Source: Nitrospinota bacterium (lineage in GTDB: Bacteria; UBA8248). Taken from it: a stretch of DNA of 35,528 nt. The position numbers were made by a program, and so were the translations under genes. The number at the start of each line of letters is the position of its first letter. Positions within the stretch are counted from its first letter, which is position 1. The stretch lies in the NCBI GenBank assembly GCA_046581755.1, contig JAYGFR010000146.1, forward strand, positions 1-35,528, in the 5' to 3' direction. Shown here piece after piece: positions 16,975 to 25,946 of this stretch. A model generated the notes under the pieces. The model worked only from the letters and a program-made list of their open reading frames with translations, did no database searches and was not told the DNA's origin.

Positions 16975-18327
16975 ATGATCATGGCCGATTCAGCCGATAA
17001 TCTCCTTTTGGGGATAACGGGCGAGATTCAGTCGCGGCCCGATCTCTGGCGCACATTTCTCGGCCTCTGCGATCTGGGTCCGCGTTTTTGCGGTACGCCC
17101 TCGGAGCGAGCGGCCCTGGAATACATCGAGGCGAAATTAAAAGGGTGGGGCGCCGCGGACGTTTCCCGCTGGGAATTCGATTACACCGGCTGGCGGTGCG
17201 ATCTGTGCGAACTCTCGATTCCCGCGCCTCCGCCCGGCTGGGAGTTCGGAATTCTTCCCCTGGTGTATAGCGCCGGGACACCCACCGGCGGAATCGATCT
17301 TGAGACGATCGATCTGAGGCGCGGAACGCCCGGGGATTTCGAGCGCGCGGGCGATGCGATCCGGGGCCGGGCGGTCATCGTGGACGCCGACTACTCCTTC
17401 GCCACCCATTCGATTCACCGGCGGCGGAAGTTTCTTCCCTCCGTCGAGGGCGGCGCCGCGGCCCTGTTCTTGGTGAATCCGAGGCCGGGCCGATTCCCGG
17501 TGACGGGCTCCACCACGGCCTCGGGCTCGTCGATTCCGGCGGCCGGAATATCGAGGGAGGATGGCGCGTTGCTGCGCCGCCTGGGCGGAAAGGTCCATCT
17601 GAATCTTCAGGTCGAAACGTCGCCGGCACGGGCGGCGAATTTGATCGCCCGCCTGCCGGGCCGGGGCGAAGGCCGGACCGTCGTCCTCAGCGCCCACTAC
17701 GATGGGCACAACTGCGGCGAGTCCGCGCTCGACAACGCCACCGGGGTCGCGGTGACCCTCGAGATGGCCCGGCTGCTCGTGCCCTACACAGGCAAATTTT
17801 TCAACGACCTGGAGATTCACTTTTTTACGGTGGAGGAATGGAGCCTTCAGGGCTCCCGCGCCTACGCAGATTCGCTCTCTGAAGATAATGTGAAGCAAAT
17901 CGCCCTGAATCTGAATCTGGATGTCGTTGCGGGAAGCCCGAAGCTCACTTTTTTGTGCAACGGGTTCGGCGATTTGGCCGAATGGGCGCGCGAGACCCTT
18001 CGCGATGAACCCGCCCGGTGCGAGGTGAGCGAATGGGTGGCGCACAATTCCGACCACGCGAACTTCCTCCGGCGGGGGATTCCCTCGATCCGGCTTCTCG
18101 CGGGGATGAACGAGGAGGACTCCGATTGCGGGTTTCATCTTTCGCCGGCCGATACAACGGACAAGGTCCGTAGGGAGGACCTCGCGGCTGCCGCCGGCGC
18201 AGCCGCCCGGGTTCTGCTGGCGGCCCTAGATTCGGAGTTGCCCCTGGCTCGGATGCGCACCGGGGCCGAGGCCGCCGCGCTTCTTCCCCACTACGGATTC
18301 GCTCCGCCTCCGGGAGAGGGGGAATGA
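16975..18327 (+). CDS. M28 metallopeptidase/amidohydrolase with PA domain
   Basis: SAHYD, ALDNATG, VEE..LQGS, NLD, SDHANF and HLSPADT motifs, with a PA-like insert. Confidence 0.85.
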   Translation: MIMADSADNLLLGITGEIQSRPDLWRTFLGLCDLGPRFCGTPSERAALEYIEAKLKGWGAADVSRWEFDYTGWRCDLCELSIPAPPPGWEFGILPLVYSAGTPTGGIDLETIDLRRGTPGDFERAGDAIRGRAVIVDADYSFATHSIHRRRKFLPSVEGGAAALFLVNPRPGRFPVTGSTTASGSSIPAAGISREDGALLRRLGGKVHLNLQVETSPARAANLIARLPGRGEGRTVVLSAHYDGHNCGESALDNATGVAVTLEMARLLVPYTGKFFNDLEIHFFTVEEWSLQGSRAYADSLSEDNVKQIALNLNLDVVAGSPKLTFLCNGFGDLAEWARETLRDEPARCEVSEWVAHNSDHANFLRRGIPSIRLLAGMNEEDSDCGFHLSPADTTDKVRREDLAAAAGAAARVLLAALDSELPLARMRTGAEAAALLPHYGFAPPPGEGE

Positions 18328-18522
18328 TGAATATTCTTCATTTGTTTCCCTTTTTGACCCCGTTAATATTCATCCGTTCCTCAATTTTCTCCATGCGCAT
18401 GAAGAATCGGGTTATTTTTCGGGTGGCCGGTCCCGGGCGGACGGACCCAGATTCACGGAAGAGGGGCCAGCGCGCTGAGGCACGCCCATGAGTTATTTCC
18501 CCACCGACAGAGGTTTATTGAA

Positions 18523-19479
18523 ATGAGCGATTTTCACTTCGGATACTTGCTTCCCACGCGCGGGGTCGTCGTTCAGGCCGATGGCGGGCCGACGGACGGA
18601 GCCCCCATCCTCGCCCTGGCGGAAAAGGCCGAAGACCTGGGGCTGGATTCGGTCTGGATTGGCGACAGTGTGCTGGCGAAGCCCCGCCTGGAGAGTTTCA
18701 CGACTTGGGCCGCCGTTCTCGCGGCGACAAAAAAGGTCCAGGTCGGAACCGCGGTCATGCTCGCCGCTCTGCGCCACCCGATCATGCTCGCCCAGTCACT
18801 CGCCACCCTGGACTGCCTGTTTCCCGGAAGGGTGATCCCCGGCCTTGGGGTGGGCCGGCCCGACCTCAAGGTGGAATTCGAGACGCTGGGCGTGCCGCTC
18901 AACGAACGGGCACGGCGCTTCAGCGAGACCGTTGAGATCGTCAAGCTGCTCATGAAGGAGTCCAAGGCCGGCTACGCCGGAAAATATTTTTCGTTCCAAG
19001 ATATCGAACTCGAACCCCGGCCCCAAACGCCGGGCGGGCCGCCGATCTGGATATCGAGTAACCTGGTGGATTCGGGCCTCAGGCGCGTCGCGCAATTTGC
19101 CGACGGATGGATCACCAACTCGATCACGGCCGATCTCTACCGGCAATGCTGGGAGAAGATTCTCGCCTTCGCGGACGAGGCGGGCCGCAGTGGGATCGAG
19201 GAAATCTCCCAGTGCCTCTACGTAACAATGAACATCAATCCCGACGGTGCGAAGGCGGAAAAAGAGTGTGGGGATTTTCTTTCCGCCTACTATCACAAGC
19301 CGTTCGAGGAGGTGCGAAAGCAACTTCTCGTCATCGTGGGCGACGGCGCCCAGGTCGAAAAGCAGCTCCGGGGCTACAGCGAGGCGGGCGCACGCGTGTT
19401 CGTCGTCCGCTTCGCCGGCGGCAGCCAGGAGGAGCAGCTCGACAACTTCGTTTCCGAGCTGTTGCCGAGGTTTTCCTGA
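18523..19479 (+). CDS. LLM-class oxidoreductase 2
   Basis: LLPTRG, DSVWIGDS, VGTAV, PPIWI and ADGW motifs. Confidence 0.88.
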   Translation: MSDFHFGYLLPTRGVVVQADGGPTDGAPILALAEKAEDLGLDSVWIGDSVLAKPRLESFTTWAAVLAATKKVQVGTAVMLAALRHPIMLAQSLATLDCLFPGRVIPGLGVGRPDLKVEFETLGVPLNERARRFSETVEIVKLLMKESKAGYAGKYFSFQDIELEPRPQTPGGPPIWISSNLVDSGLRRVAQFADGWITNSITADLYRQCWEKILAFADEAGRSGIEEISQCLYVTMNINPDGAKAEKECGDFLSAYYHKPFEEVRKQLLVIVGDGAQVEKQLRGYSEAGARVFVVRFAGGSQEEQLDNFVSELLPRFS

Positions 19480-20669
19480 TGGTAATCGAGAGCGGCGCAG
19501 GAATGACGAAGGAGGAAATTCAAAAGCGCCTCGTCCGCGTCCGTGCTCTGATGGGAGAGGAGGGACTGGACGTTCTCCTCGTCATCGGCCGATCGTTCTA
19601 TGACCGGATGGGGAGCCTGACCTACCTGACGAATCACTTTCCGCCCTTTCCGTCGGGAGCCTTCAGCGACAAGGTGCGTGGTATGGGCCACGGGCTGCTG
19701 GTCCTGCCCGCCGAGGGCGAGCCGGTCCTGTTCGTCGATCACCGGAACTTCCGCCGCGAGATGGTCCACATCGAGGACGTGCGGCCCGAGTCCAACATCT
19801 CCCTCGCCATCCTGAATCAACTCAAGCGCCTGGGGGCGGAAGACGGGCGGATCGGAATCTCGGGCGAGGACATCATGCCCGCGACGATGTACCGGGATCT
19901 GACCGAAGCCTTGCCCGGGGCCCGGTTCTCCAATGCGAACGCCCTGGTTGACGGAATGCGGGCAAGCAAGAGCCCGGCGGAGGTGGCCTACCTCAAGGGG
20001 GCCGCCAAGATCGTCGAGGCGGGTTATGAGGCGATATTTGCGGCCATTGAGCCGGGGGCGAGGGAGAGTGATTTGTGCGCTGAGGGCCATGCAGCCGGGA
20101 TGCGTGCGGGCGCCGATTTCGTGCGCTACGTCCGCGTCCACAGCGGCCCCTGGAGCAGCTGGGGATCGCGATGGCCCCAGGCCACCCAAAGACGGCTCGA
20201 ACCGGGCGACGTGATCCGCTTCGATTACGTGGGGGCCTTCGAGGGATACGGCTTCGACGTGAACCGGACGGCAGTCGTTCCCGGCAAGAAGCTGGACCCG
20301 AGGGTGGAGGAGATGCTCGAGCTCTGCGCCGGGGCGACTGAAGCCGCCGTCGGCGCGGTTCGCGCCGGTGTCCAGGCGGCGGATATCCACCGGGCCGGTG
20401 CAGATTTTCTCGACGAGAACGCGGACGGGGCGAGCCAGTACATGTTCCCCATGGCGGGCCACGGCATCGGCCTCGAAACGGTGGAGGCGCCGCTCATCCT
20501 GCCCGAAAACGCGGCCCTCCTCGAGGCGGGCACCGTGATATGCGTCGAGCCTCAGTTCAGTCTACCTGAGGTGGGGGGGGCCAACGTCGAGCAGATGGTT
20601 CTCGTAATGGATGAGGGGAGTGAGCTTCTTTCCTTGACCTCCACCCGGCCCTGGCTCGCGGGGAGCTGA
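19479..20669 (+). CDS. M24 (Xaa-Pro peptidase/creatinase fold) hydrolase
   Basis: Start at the TGATG overlap (19479; alternative ATG 19503). RASKSPAE, FDYVG...YGFDVNRT, GHGIG, VEP and NVEQ motifs. Confidence 0.85.
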   Translation: MVIESGAGMTKEEIQKRLVRVRALMGEEGLDVLLVIGRSFYDRMGSLTYLTNHFPPFPSGAFSDKVRGMGHGLLVLPAEGEPVLFVDHRNFRREMVHIEDVRPESNISLAILNQLKRLGAEDGRIGISGEDIMPATMYRDLTEALPGARFSNANALVDGMRASKSPAEVAYLKGAAKIVEAGYEAIFAAIEPGARESDLCAEGHAAGMRAGADFVRYVRVHSGPWSSWGSRWPQATQRRLEPGDVIRFDYVGAFEGYGFDVNRTAVVPGKKLDPRVEEMLELCAGATEAAVGAVRAGVQAADIHRAGADFLDENADGASQYMFPMAGHGIGLETVEAPLILPENAALLEAGTVICVEPQFSLPEVGGANVEQMVLVMDEGSELLSLTSTRPWLAGS

Positions 20670-20710
20670 AAAGCCGTGCTGCCGCCGATGGATGAGGATA
20701 GAAATCTCTT

Positions 20711-22600
20711 ATGGCCTCGGACAACTTTATGCTGAAAAAATTTCTTCACCCGGTCGCCATTCTCGCCATCGTCTGGGCGGCCACCCAGCTCTATTGGGCC
20801 TTTTTCGGTATGCTCCACGTCTTCATCGCCCGGCCCATCCATCTGAGCTTCGCCCTCGGCATCGTCTTTCTCACCAAACCAGCTCGTAAGGAAGGCCGGG
20901 TCGGCCTCCTCGACTACCTTCTCGCCGCCGTGGCGATAGGCATCGCTTTTTTGTACCTCGCCGAGTGGAACTTCCTGAACGAGCGCATCCGAGACGTCGA
21001 TCCCGTCCCTCTCCGCTATCTCATCCTGGGCCCCGTCTACATCCTCCTGACCGTCGAGGCCTCCAGGCGCTATCTTGGCTGGGGAGTCACCTCGGTCGCC
21101 GTCGTGGCGATCGCCTACAATTTTCTGGGCCATCTCATCCCGGGGGCGCTTGGCCATCGGGTCATCCAGCTTCCCTCATCGGTCGAGTTTCAGATCCTCG
21201 GCGTCGAGGGCCTCCTCGGCGTCCCCCTCGGGGTGAGCGCCGAGGTCGTCTTTTACTTCATACTCTTCTCGGCTGCCCTCGAGGTTTCCGGCGGCGGACG
21301 CTTGTTCATCGACCTCGCCATCCGGCTGACCGGCTCCTTCCGCGGCGGGCCTGCCAAGGCCGCCATCGTCAGCAGCAGCCTCATGGGTACCATCAGTGGC
21401 AGCGCAACCGCCAACGTCGTCGGAACCGGGATATTCACCATCCCCCTGATGAAGCGCCTTGGCTTCGCCCCGCACTACGCCGGCGCCGTCGAGGCGGTCG
21501 CCTCCACCGGCGGCCAGCTCATGCCCCCCATCATGGGGGCGGGCGCCTTCATCCTCGCGGACATGACGGGCACCCCTTATCTGCGGGTGGCGGCGGCCGC
21601 CGCCATCCCGGCGATTATCTATTACTTCTCGCTCTTCTTCATGGTGGACCTCGAGGCCAAAAAACTCGGCCTCCGGGGCATATCCAGGGATGATATGCCC
21701 GATCTTCAGGAAATCATGCTCGAGCGCGGTCTGCTGCTCTTGCCCATCGTTTTGATCCTCGGCTACATGATCGCCGGCTTCACCCTGATGTGGTCGGCCA
21801 CCTCGGCCGCCCTCGGGGTCGTCGTCCTGAGCTGGGTCCGGAAATCCACCCGGATGGGACCGGCCGGTATTCTCGAGGCGCTCGAGAAAGCGAGCCGGAT
21901 GACCGTCGCCGTCGCTATTCCCTGCGCCGTGGCTGGAATCGTCGTGGGGGTGGTGGACGACACCGGTATCGGACTGAAATTCTCCGGACTCATCGTGAAT
22001 CTCTCGAGTGGGATGATTCTCCCCGCCCTGGTGATGACCCTGGTCGGCTGCATCATCATGGGAATGGGAATGCCCACGGCCGCCGCCTACATCATGGCGG
22101 CCACCCTCCTGGGACCCGCCCTCGCCAAGCTGGGGATTCCCGTCCTCGCCGCCCATATGTTCATTTACTACTTCGCCATTCTCTCGATGCTGACCCCTCC
22201 AGTGGCGCTTTCAGCCTACGTCGCCTCCGGGGTGGCGGGGTCCGACCTGACCAAAACCGGATGGAAGGCGTTTCAACTGTCACTCGCGGGTTTCCTTATT
22301 CCCTTCGCCTTTGTCTATAATCCTTCTATGCTCTTCATCGGATCGCTCGGTGATACTGTATGGATAACCATCACCAGCATCGCCGGAGTGGCTGCGCTCG
22401 CGGCGTCGATTACGGGCCACCTTTCTGCCGACTTGTTGGGATGGGAAAGGGTGGCGTTGCTGGTTTGCTCGCTGGCGCTGATCGTCCCGGAGAAGATCAC
22501 CGATTTCGCCGGGATCGGATCGCTGATTCTGATCGTTTGGGTTCATGTTATGCGGGCGCGGAAAAATGCCCCGCTTACTACACCTGCGGGGCAGGTGTGA
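20711..22600 (+). CDS. TRAP transporter fused 4TM/12TM permease (TAXI type)
   Basis: GGPAKAAI, GTISGSATANV, AVEAVASTGGQLMPPIMGAGAF, GMGMPT and TPPVAL motifs. Confidence 0.93.
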   Translation: MASDNFMLKKFLHPVAILAIVWAATQLYWAFFGMLHVFIARPIHLSFALGIVFLTKPARKEGRVGLLDYLLAAVAIGIAFLYLAEWNFLNERIRDVDPVPLRYLILGPVYILLTVEASRRYLGWGVTSVAVVAIAYNFLGHLIPGALGHRVIQLPSSVEFQILGVEGLLGVPLGVSAEVVFYFILFSAALEVSGGGRLFIDLAIRLTGSFRGGPAKAAIVSSSLMGTISGSATANVVGTGIFTIPLMKRLGFAPHYAGAVEAVASTGGQLMPPIMGAGAFILADMTGTPYLRVAAAAAIPAIIYYFSLFFMVDLEAKKLGLRGISRDDMPDLQEIMLERGLLLLPIVLILGYMIAGFTLMWSATSAALGVVVLSWVRKSTRMGPAGILEALEKASRMTVAVAIPCAVAGIVVGVVDDTGIGLKFSGLIVNLSSGMILPALVMTLVGCIIMGMGMPTAAAYIMAATLLGPALAKLGIPVLAAHMFIYYFAILSMLTPPVALSAYVASGVAGSDLTKTGWKAFQLSLAGFLIPFAFVYNPSMLFIGSLGDTVWITITSIAGVAALAASITGHLSADLLGWERVALLVCSLALIVPEKITDFAGIGSLILIVWVHVMRARKNAPLTTPAGQV

Positions 22601-22654
22601 ATCGCGGGAATGGGACATTCCCCTGGTGACTCTTTCCGAAAAGGAGGAAAGGAA

Positions 22655-23641
22655 ATGATGAAACGGGCACGGAAACTCGGTTTTTCTTTTCTGTCGTTTG
22701 CGGTGATCTTTTTCTTCGTCGCAAACCAGGCTGGGGCGGCCAAGCGCCTCACCATGGGAAGCTGGAAAAAGGGAAGCGGCTGGCACGTCTACTCCGCGAC
22801 CATGGCCAACATCGTGAACAACGCCAATCTCGGATTCCAGATCGATGCGCTCTCGAAGGGCGGCGGTGTCGGCAACCCGATCAACGTGGGCACGGGCAAG
22901 TACAACATGGCGCTTACCTTCAGCGTCGCGGCGAGCTGGGGCTACCAGGGCAAGGTCGCCTACAAGAGGGCCTACAAGAACCTCCGCGGGCTCATCGGCG
23001 GGCTTGACCAATACTACCTGGGAATCGTCACGACAAATCCGAAGGTAAGCAGCATCAACGATCTCAAGAAGGTTAAAGTGAACTACGTGACCGTTCCCCG
23101 CGGGGGGCTGGGCCAATGGGCCACGCGCGCCATGCTGGGTGCGCACGGGATCACCTATGCGGACATCAAGAAAATGGGCGGCTCGGTCACCCATACCGGA
23201 TTCGGGGCCATCAAAAGCCGGATGAAGGACGGCCAGGCCGACATGCTGAGCCACACGGTGAACGCCGGCCATCCCGCGCTGACCTCCATCGCGGTGCAAA
23301 AAAAGCTGAAATTCCTCGGAATCGAGGAACAGTACCGCGACAAGCTCCTCGGCATCGGTTTCCTCAAGACCATCCTGCCGGCAAACACCTTTCCCGGCCA
23401 GAAAAAGCCACTGAAGACGTTCGGCTTCACCACGGCCGTAATCGCCTCCACTTCGATGGACAACGGCACGGCCTATAAGATCGTCAAGGCGCTGCTCGAC
23501 AACTTGAGCGACCTTCGAGCGGGCCACAAGGGTCTCAGGAATTTCGACCCGGCAAAGACCGGGTGGCAGGAATCCCAGATGGGCGCTCCGGCTCACCCCG
23601 GCGCGGCGCGGTATTTCAAGGAAAAGGGCTGGTCGAAATAG
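22655..23641 (+). CDS. TAXI-family TRAP solute receptor
   Basis: AGGAGG/AAGGA SD, signal peptide, GGGVGN, and C-terminal PAHPGAARYFKEKG. Confidence 0.9.
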   Translation: MMKRARKLGFSFLSFAVIFFFVANQAGAAKRLTMGSWKKGSGWHVYSATMANIVNNANLGFQIDALSKGGGVGNPINVGTGKYNMALTFSVAASWGYQGKVAYKRAYKNLRGLIGGLDQYYLGIVTTNPKVSSINDLKKVKVNYVTVPRGGLGQWATRAMLGAHGITYADIKKMGGSVTHTGFGAIKSRMKDGQADMLSHTVNAGHPALTSIAVQKKLKFLGIEEQYRDKLLGIGFLKTILPANTFPGQKKPLKTFGFTTAVIASTSMDNGTAYKIVKALLDNLSDLRAGHKGLRNFDPAKTGWQESQMGAPAHPGAARYFKEKGWSK

Positions 23642-23661
23642 CCGGATTTTGTTTGCGTCCC

Positions 23662-23694
23662 GGCCGCTCCCTCTCGCCTGATGAGGGGGCGGCC
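23662..23694 (+). terminator. GC-rich stem-loop after the TAXI receptor gene
   Basis: GGCCGCTCCCTC pairs with GAGGGGGCGGCC as a 12-bp stem with one G-U pair. There is no U-tract. Confidence 0.55.
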
Positions 23695-23753
23695 TCGTGG
23701 CCATTCGCCTTGACCCGCCGAACGGCGGACCTGTCTTTAAATTGAGAATAAAT

Positions 23754-24545
23754 ATGGCCTATCGATTTGTGGATCTCACGCTGGTGGTCGACCCGGCGGA
23801 TACCTACGTTCAGTTTCCAAGAGACGAAATTTACGACAAGCCCGCACCGGGCACGACGATTTCTCCGATCGCTGTCTTGGATACGGACCACATCTGCAAT
23901 TTCGGCTTCACGACCACCACCCAAAGCTACACCCACTACGACGCCCCTTACCATTTTTTTCACGACGGGCTGAAAAACCACGAGGTTCCGCTGGATCACC
24001 TCTGTGGCGATGCGTGTGTCCTCAAGGTCCCGGGCAAGGGAAACTCCGAGACAGTGACGGCCAAGGATTTGGAAGCCACGGGCGTCGAGGTGCGCCCCGG
24101 CGACATCGCCATCGTGAGCACGGAATGGACGGACCGGATGTGGGGCTCCCGGGACTTTTGGGAACACATGGTTTATCTGTCTACCGACGCGGCCGACTGG
24201 CTGATCGAAAGGGGCATCAAGGCGCTCGTCCAGGATTTCATGACCTGTGATTCCCCCCTCTATCCGCCCGAGGAGCGCCGCTGGCCCGCTCCCAACTGGA
24301 GCCCAAATCATATCAAGTTTCTCGAGCGGGGCATCTGCCTGATCGAGTGGTGCACGAACATCGGCGCCATCTACCAAGAGCGAGTCCTGCTCGTTACCGG
24401 GGCGATGAAGCTCAAGGATACCGAGGGCGCTCCCGCGCGCGTCATCGCCATCGAGGTGGTGGATGAAGAGCCGCCACGCGGCGCTTTGCCCCCGCTTCCT
24501 CCCCTCGGCGAGCCCTATAAAGACCGCGGCGCTTGGGAGAAATAA
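23754..24545 (+). CDS. Cyclase-family (kynurenine formamidase KynB-like) metal hydrolase
   Basis: FVDLT, QSYTHYDAPYHF (variant of HxGTHxDAPxHF), H..L..GICLIE and DTEGAPARVIA motifs. ATG at 23754. Confidence 0.85.
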   Translation: MAYRFVDLTLVVDPADTYVQFPRDEIYDKPAPGTTISPIAVLDTDHICNFGFTTTTQSYTHYDAPYHFFHDGLKNHEVPLDHLCGDACVLKVPGKGNSETVTAKDLEATGVEVRPGDIAIVSTEWTDRMWGSRDFWEHMVYLSTDAADWLIERGIKALVQDFMTCDSPLYPPEERRWPAPNWSPNHIKFLERGICLIEWCTNIGAIYQERVLLVTGAMKLKDTEGAPARVIAIEVVDEEPPRGALPPLPPLGEPYKDRGAWEK

Positions 24546-24547
24546 AT

Positions 24548-25930
24548 ATGGCGGACCAAAGTCTGCGCGGTTTTCTGGAAATGGTGGAGCGGGATTTTCC
24601 CGAGGAGTTGGTGCGAATCAAGGAGCCGGTTGAGCGCACCGACATTACGCCGACGGTATTTGAATTTGAGCGTGCCGGGCGATCACCCGTTATCGTCTTT
24701 GAGCGGGTGGAGGGCTTCGAGCATTCCGTTGTGACGAATATCGCGGGAAACCGGAAGCTGCTCGCGGTGTGTCTGGGTGTGGAACCCGGAGAGCTTCCCG
24801 CCGCCTACAAGGACCGGTGCCAAAACTATTTTCCGGTGGAAATCGCCGAATCGGCGCCCTGGCGGGAAGTGGTCATCGAGGGCGACGATGTAGACCTGAA
24901 CAAGCTGCCGATACCGTTTCATTTTCCGATCGATGCCGCGCCCTACATCACGGCGGGGCAGATCGTCGCCCGTGACCCAGAGACGGGCGTAGACACCACC
25001 GGGTTTCACCGCCTCATGCTCGCGGGCAAAAACCGCCTGGGGGTGTCGCTCCACTCCCGGCGGCGGATGTACCACTTTCACCAAAAGGCGGAGGCGCGGG
25101 GGGAGCCGCTCCAGGCCGCCGTCTCCATCGGGGTTCATCCGGTGCACTATATGGGTTCGATGGCCTATCACTACCCGCCGGGTGTGCGGAAGTACGAGAT
25201 CATCGGCGCGTTGTTCGGGGAGCCCTACCGCGTGGCGAAGTGTGGAACGGAAGGTCTGGAAGTGCCCGAGGGGGCGGAAATCGTCCTGGAGGGGGAAATC
25301 CTCAACGATGTGCACGAGCCCGAGGGCCCTTTTGGTGAGTTCACCGGCTACGCATCCTACCGCAGCACTCAGAATGTATTTGTCGTCAAGCGCGTCTATA
25401 TGCGGAAAGACGCCATCTTCCACAGTGTGGCATCGGGGATGTCCGCCGATCATATCCTGATTTCGTGCGTGAGCCGGGAGGCGGAAATCCTCAATACCCT
25501 CCGGCGTAACTTGCCGAATGTAATTTCCGTCCACGTTCCCTCGAACACGGCCGGCGCCTTGCTGGCGATTGTCCAGATGAAGAAGACCGCCGAGGGCCAA
25601 CCCCAACAGGCGATCATGGCGGCGCTGGGGACGGAGTTTTACTGTAAGTGCGTGGTGGTGGTGGATGAGGACGTGGACATCTTCAACCTCTCGGACGTCG
25701 CCTGGGCGGTCATCACACGGACCCGCGCCGAGAAGGATATCAACTTCATCCACGGGGCTATGGGTGCGATCCTCGACCCGATTTCCGATCCGGAAGACCA
25801 CACCCTCACCAAAATTGGGATCGACGCGACAAAACCCGCCGGCCGCGATTTCGCCGAAAGGCTCGAAATCTCGGAAGAGCAGCGTGAGCGCGTGCGCGGC
25901 ATCCTTGAAAGCGCGGGCGTCCAGCTCTAG
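24548..25930 (+). CDS. UbiD-family prFMN-dependent (de)carboxylase 1
   Basis: SLRGFL, VDLNKLP, DAAPYIT, FHRL, EIVLEG, EGPFGEFTGY, VVVDEDVDI and KIGIDATKP motifs. Confidence 0.92.
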   Translation: MADQSLRGFLEMVERDFPEELVRIKEPVERTDITPTVFEFERAGRSPVIVFERVEGFEHSVVTNIAGNRKLLAVCLGVEPGELPAAYKDRCQNYFPVEIAESAPWREVVIEGDDVDLNKLPIPFHFPIDAAPYITAGQIVARDPETGVDTTGFHRLMLAGKNRLGVSLHSRRRMYHFHQKAEARGEPLQAAVSIGVHPVHYMGSMAYHYPPGVRKYEIIGALFGEPYRVAKCGTEGLEVPEGAEIVLEGEILNDVHEPEGPFGEFTGYASYRSTQNVFVVKRVYMRKDAIFHSVASGMSADHILISCVSREAEILNTLRRNLPNVISVHVPSNTAGALLAIVQMKKTAEGQPQQAIMAALGTEFYCKCVVVVDEDVDIFNLSDVAWAVITRTRAEKDINFIHGAMGAILDPISDPEDHTLTKIGIDATKPAGRDFAERLEISEEQRERVRGILESAGVQL

Positions 25931-25946
25931 GCCCGGGGAATCGGAA

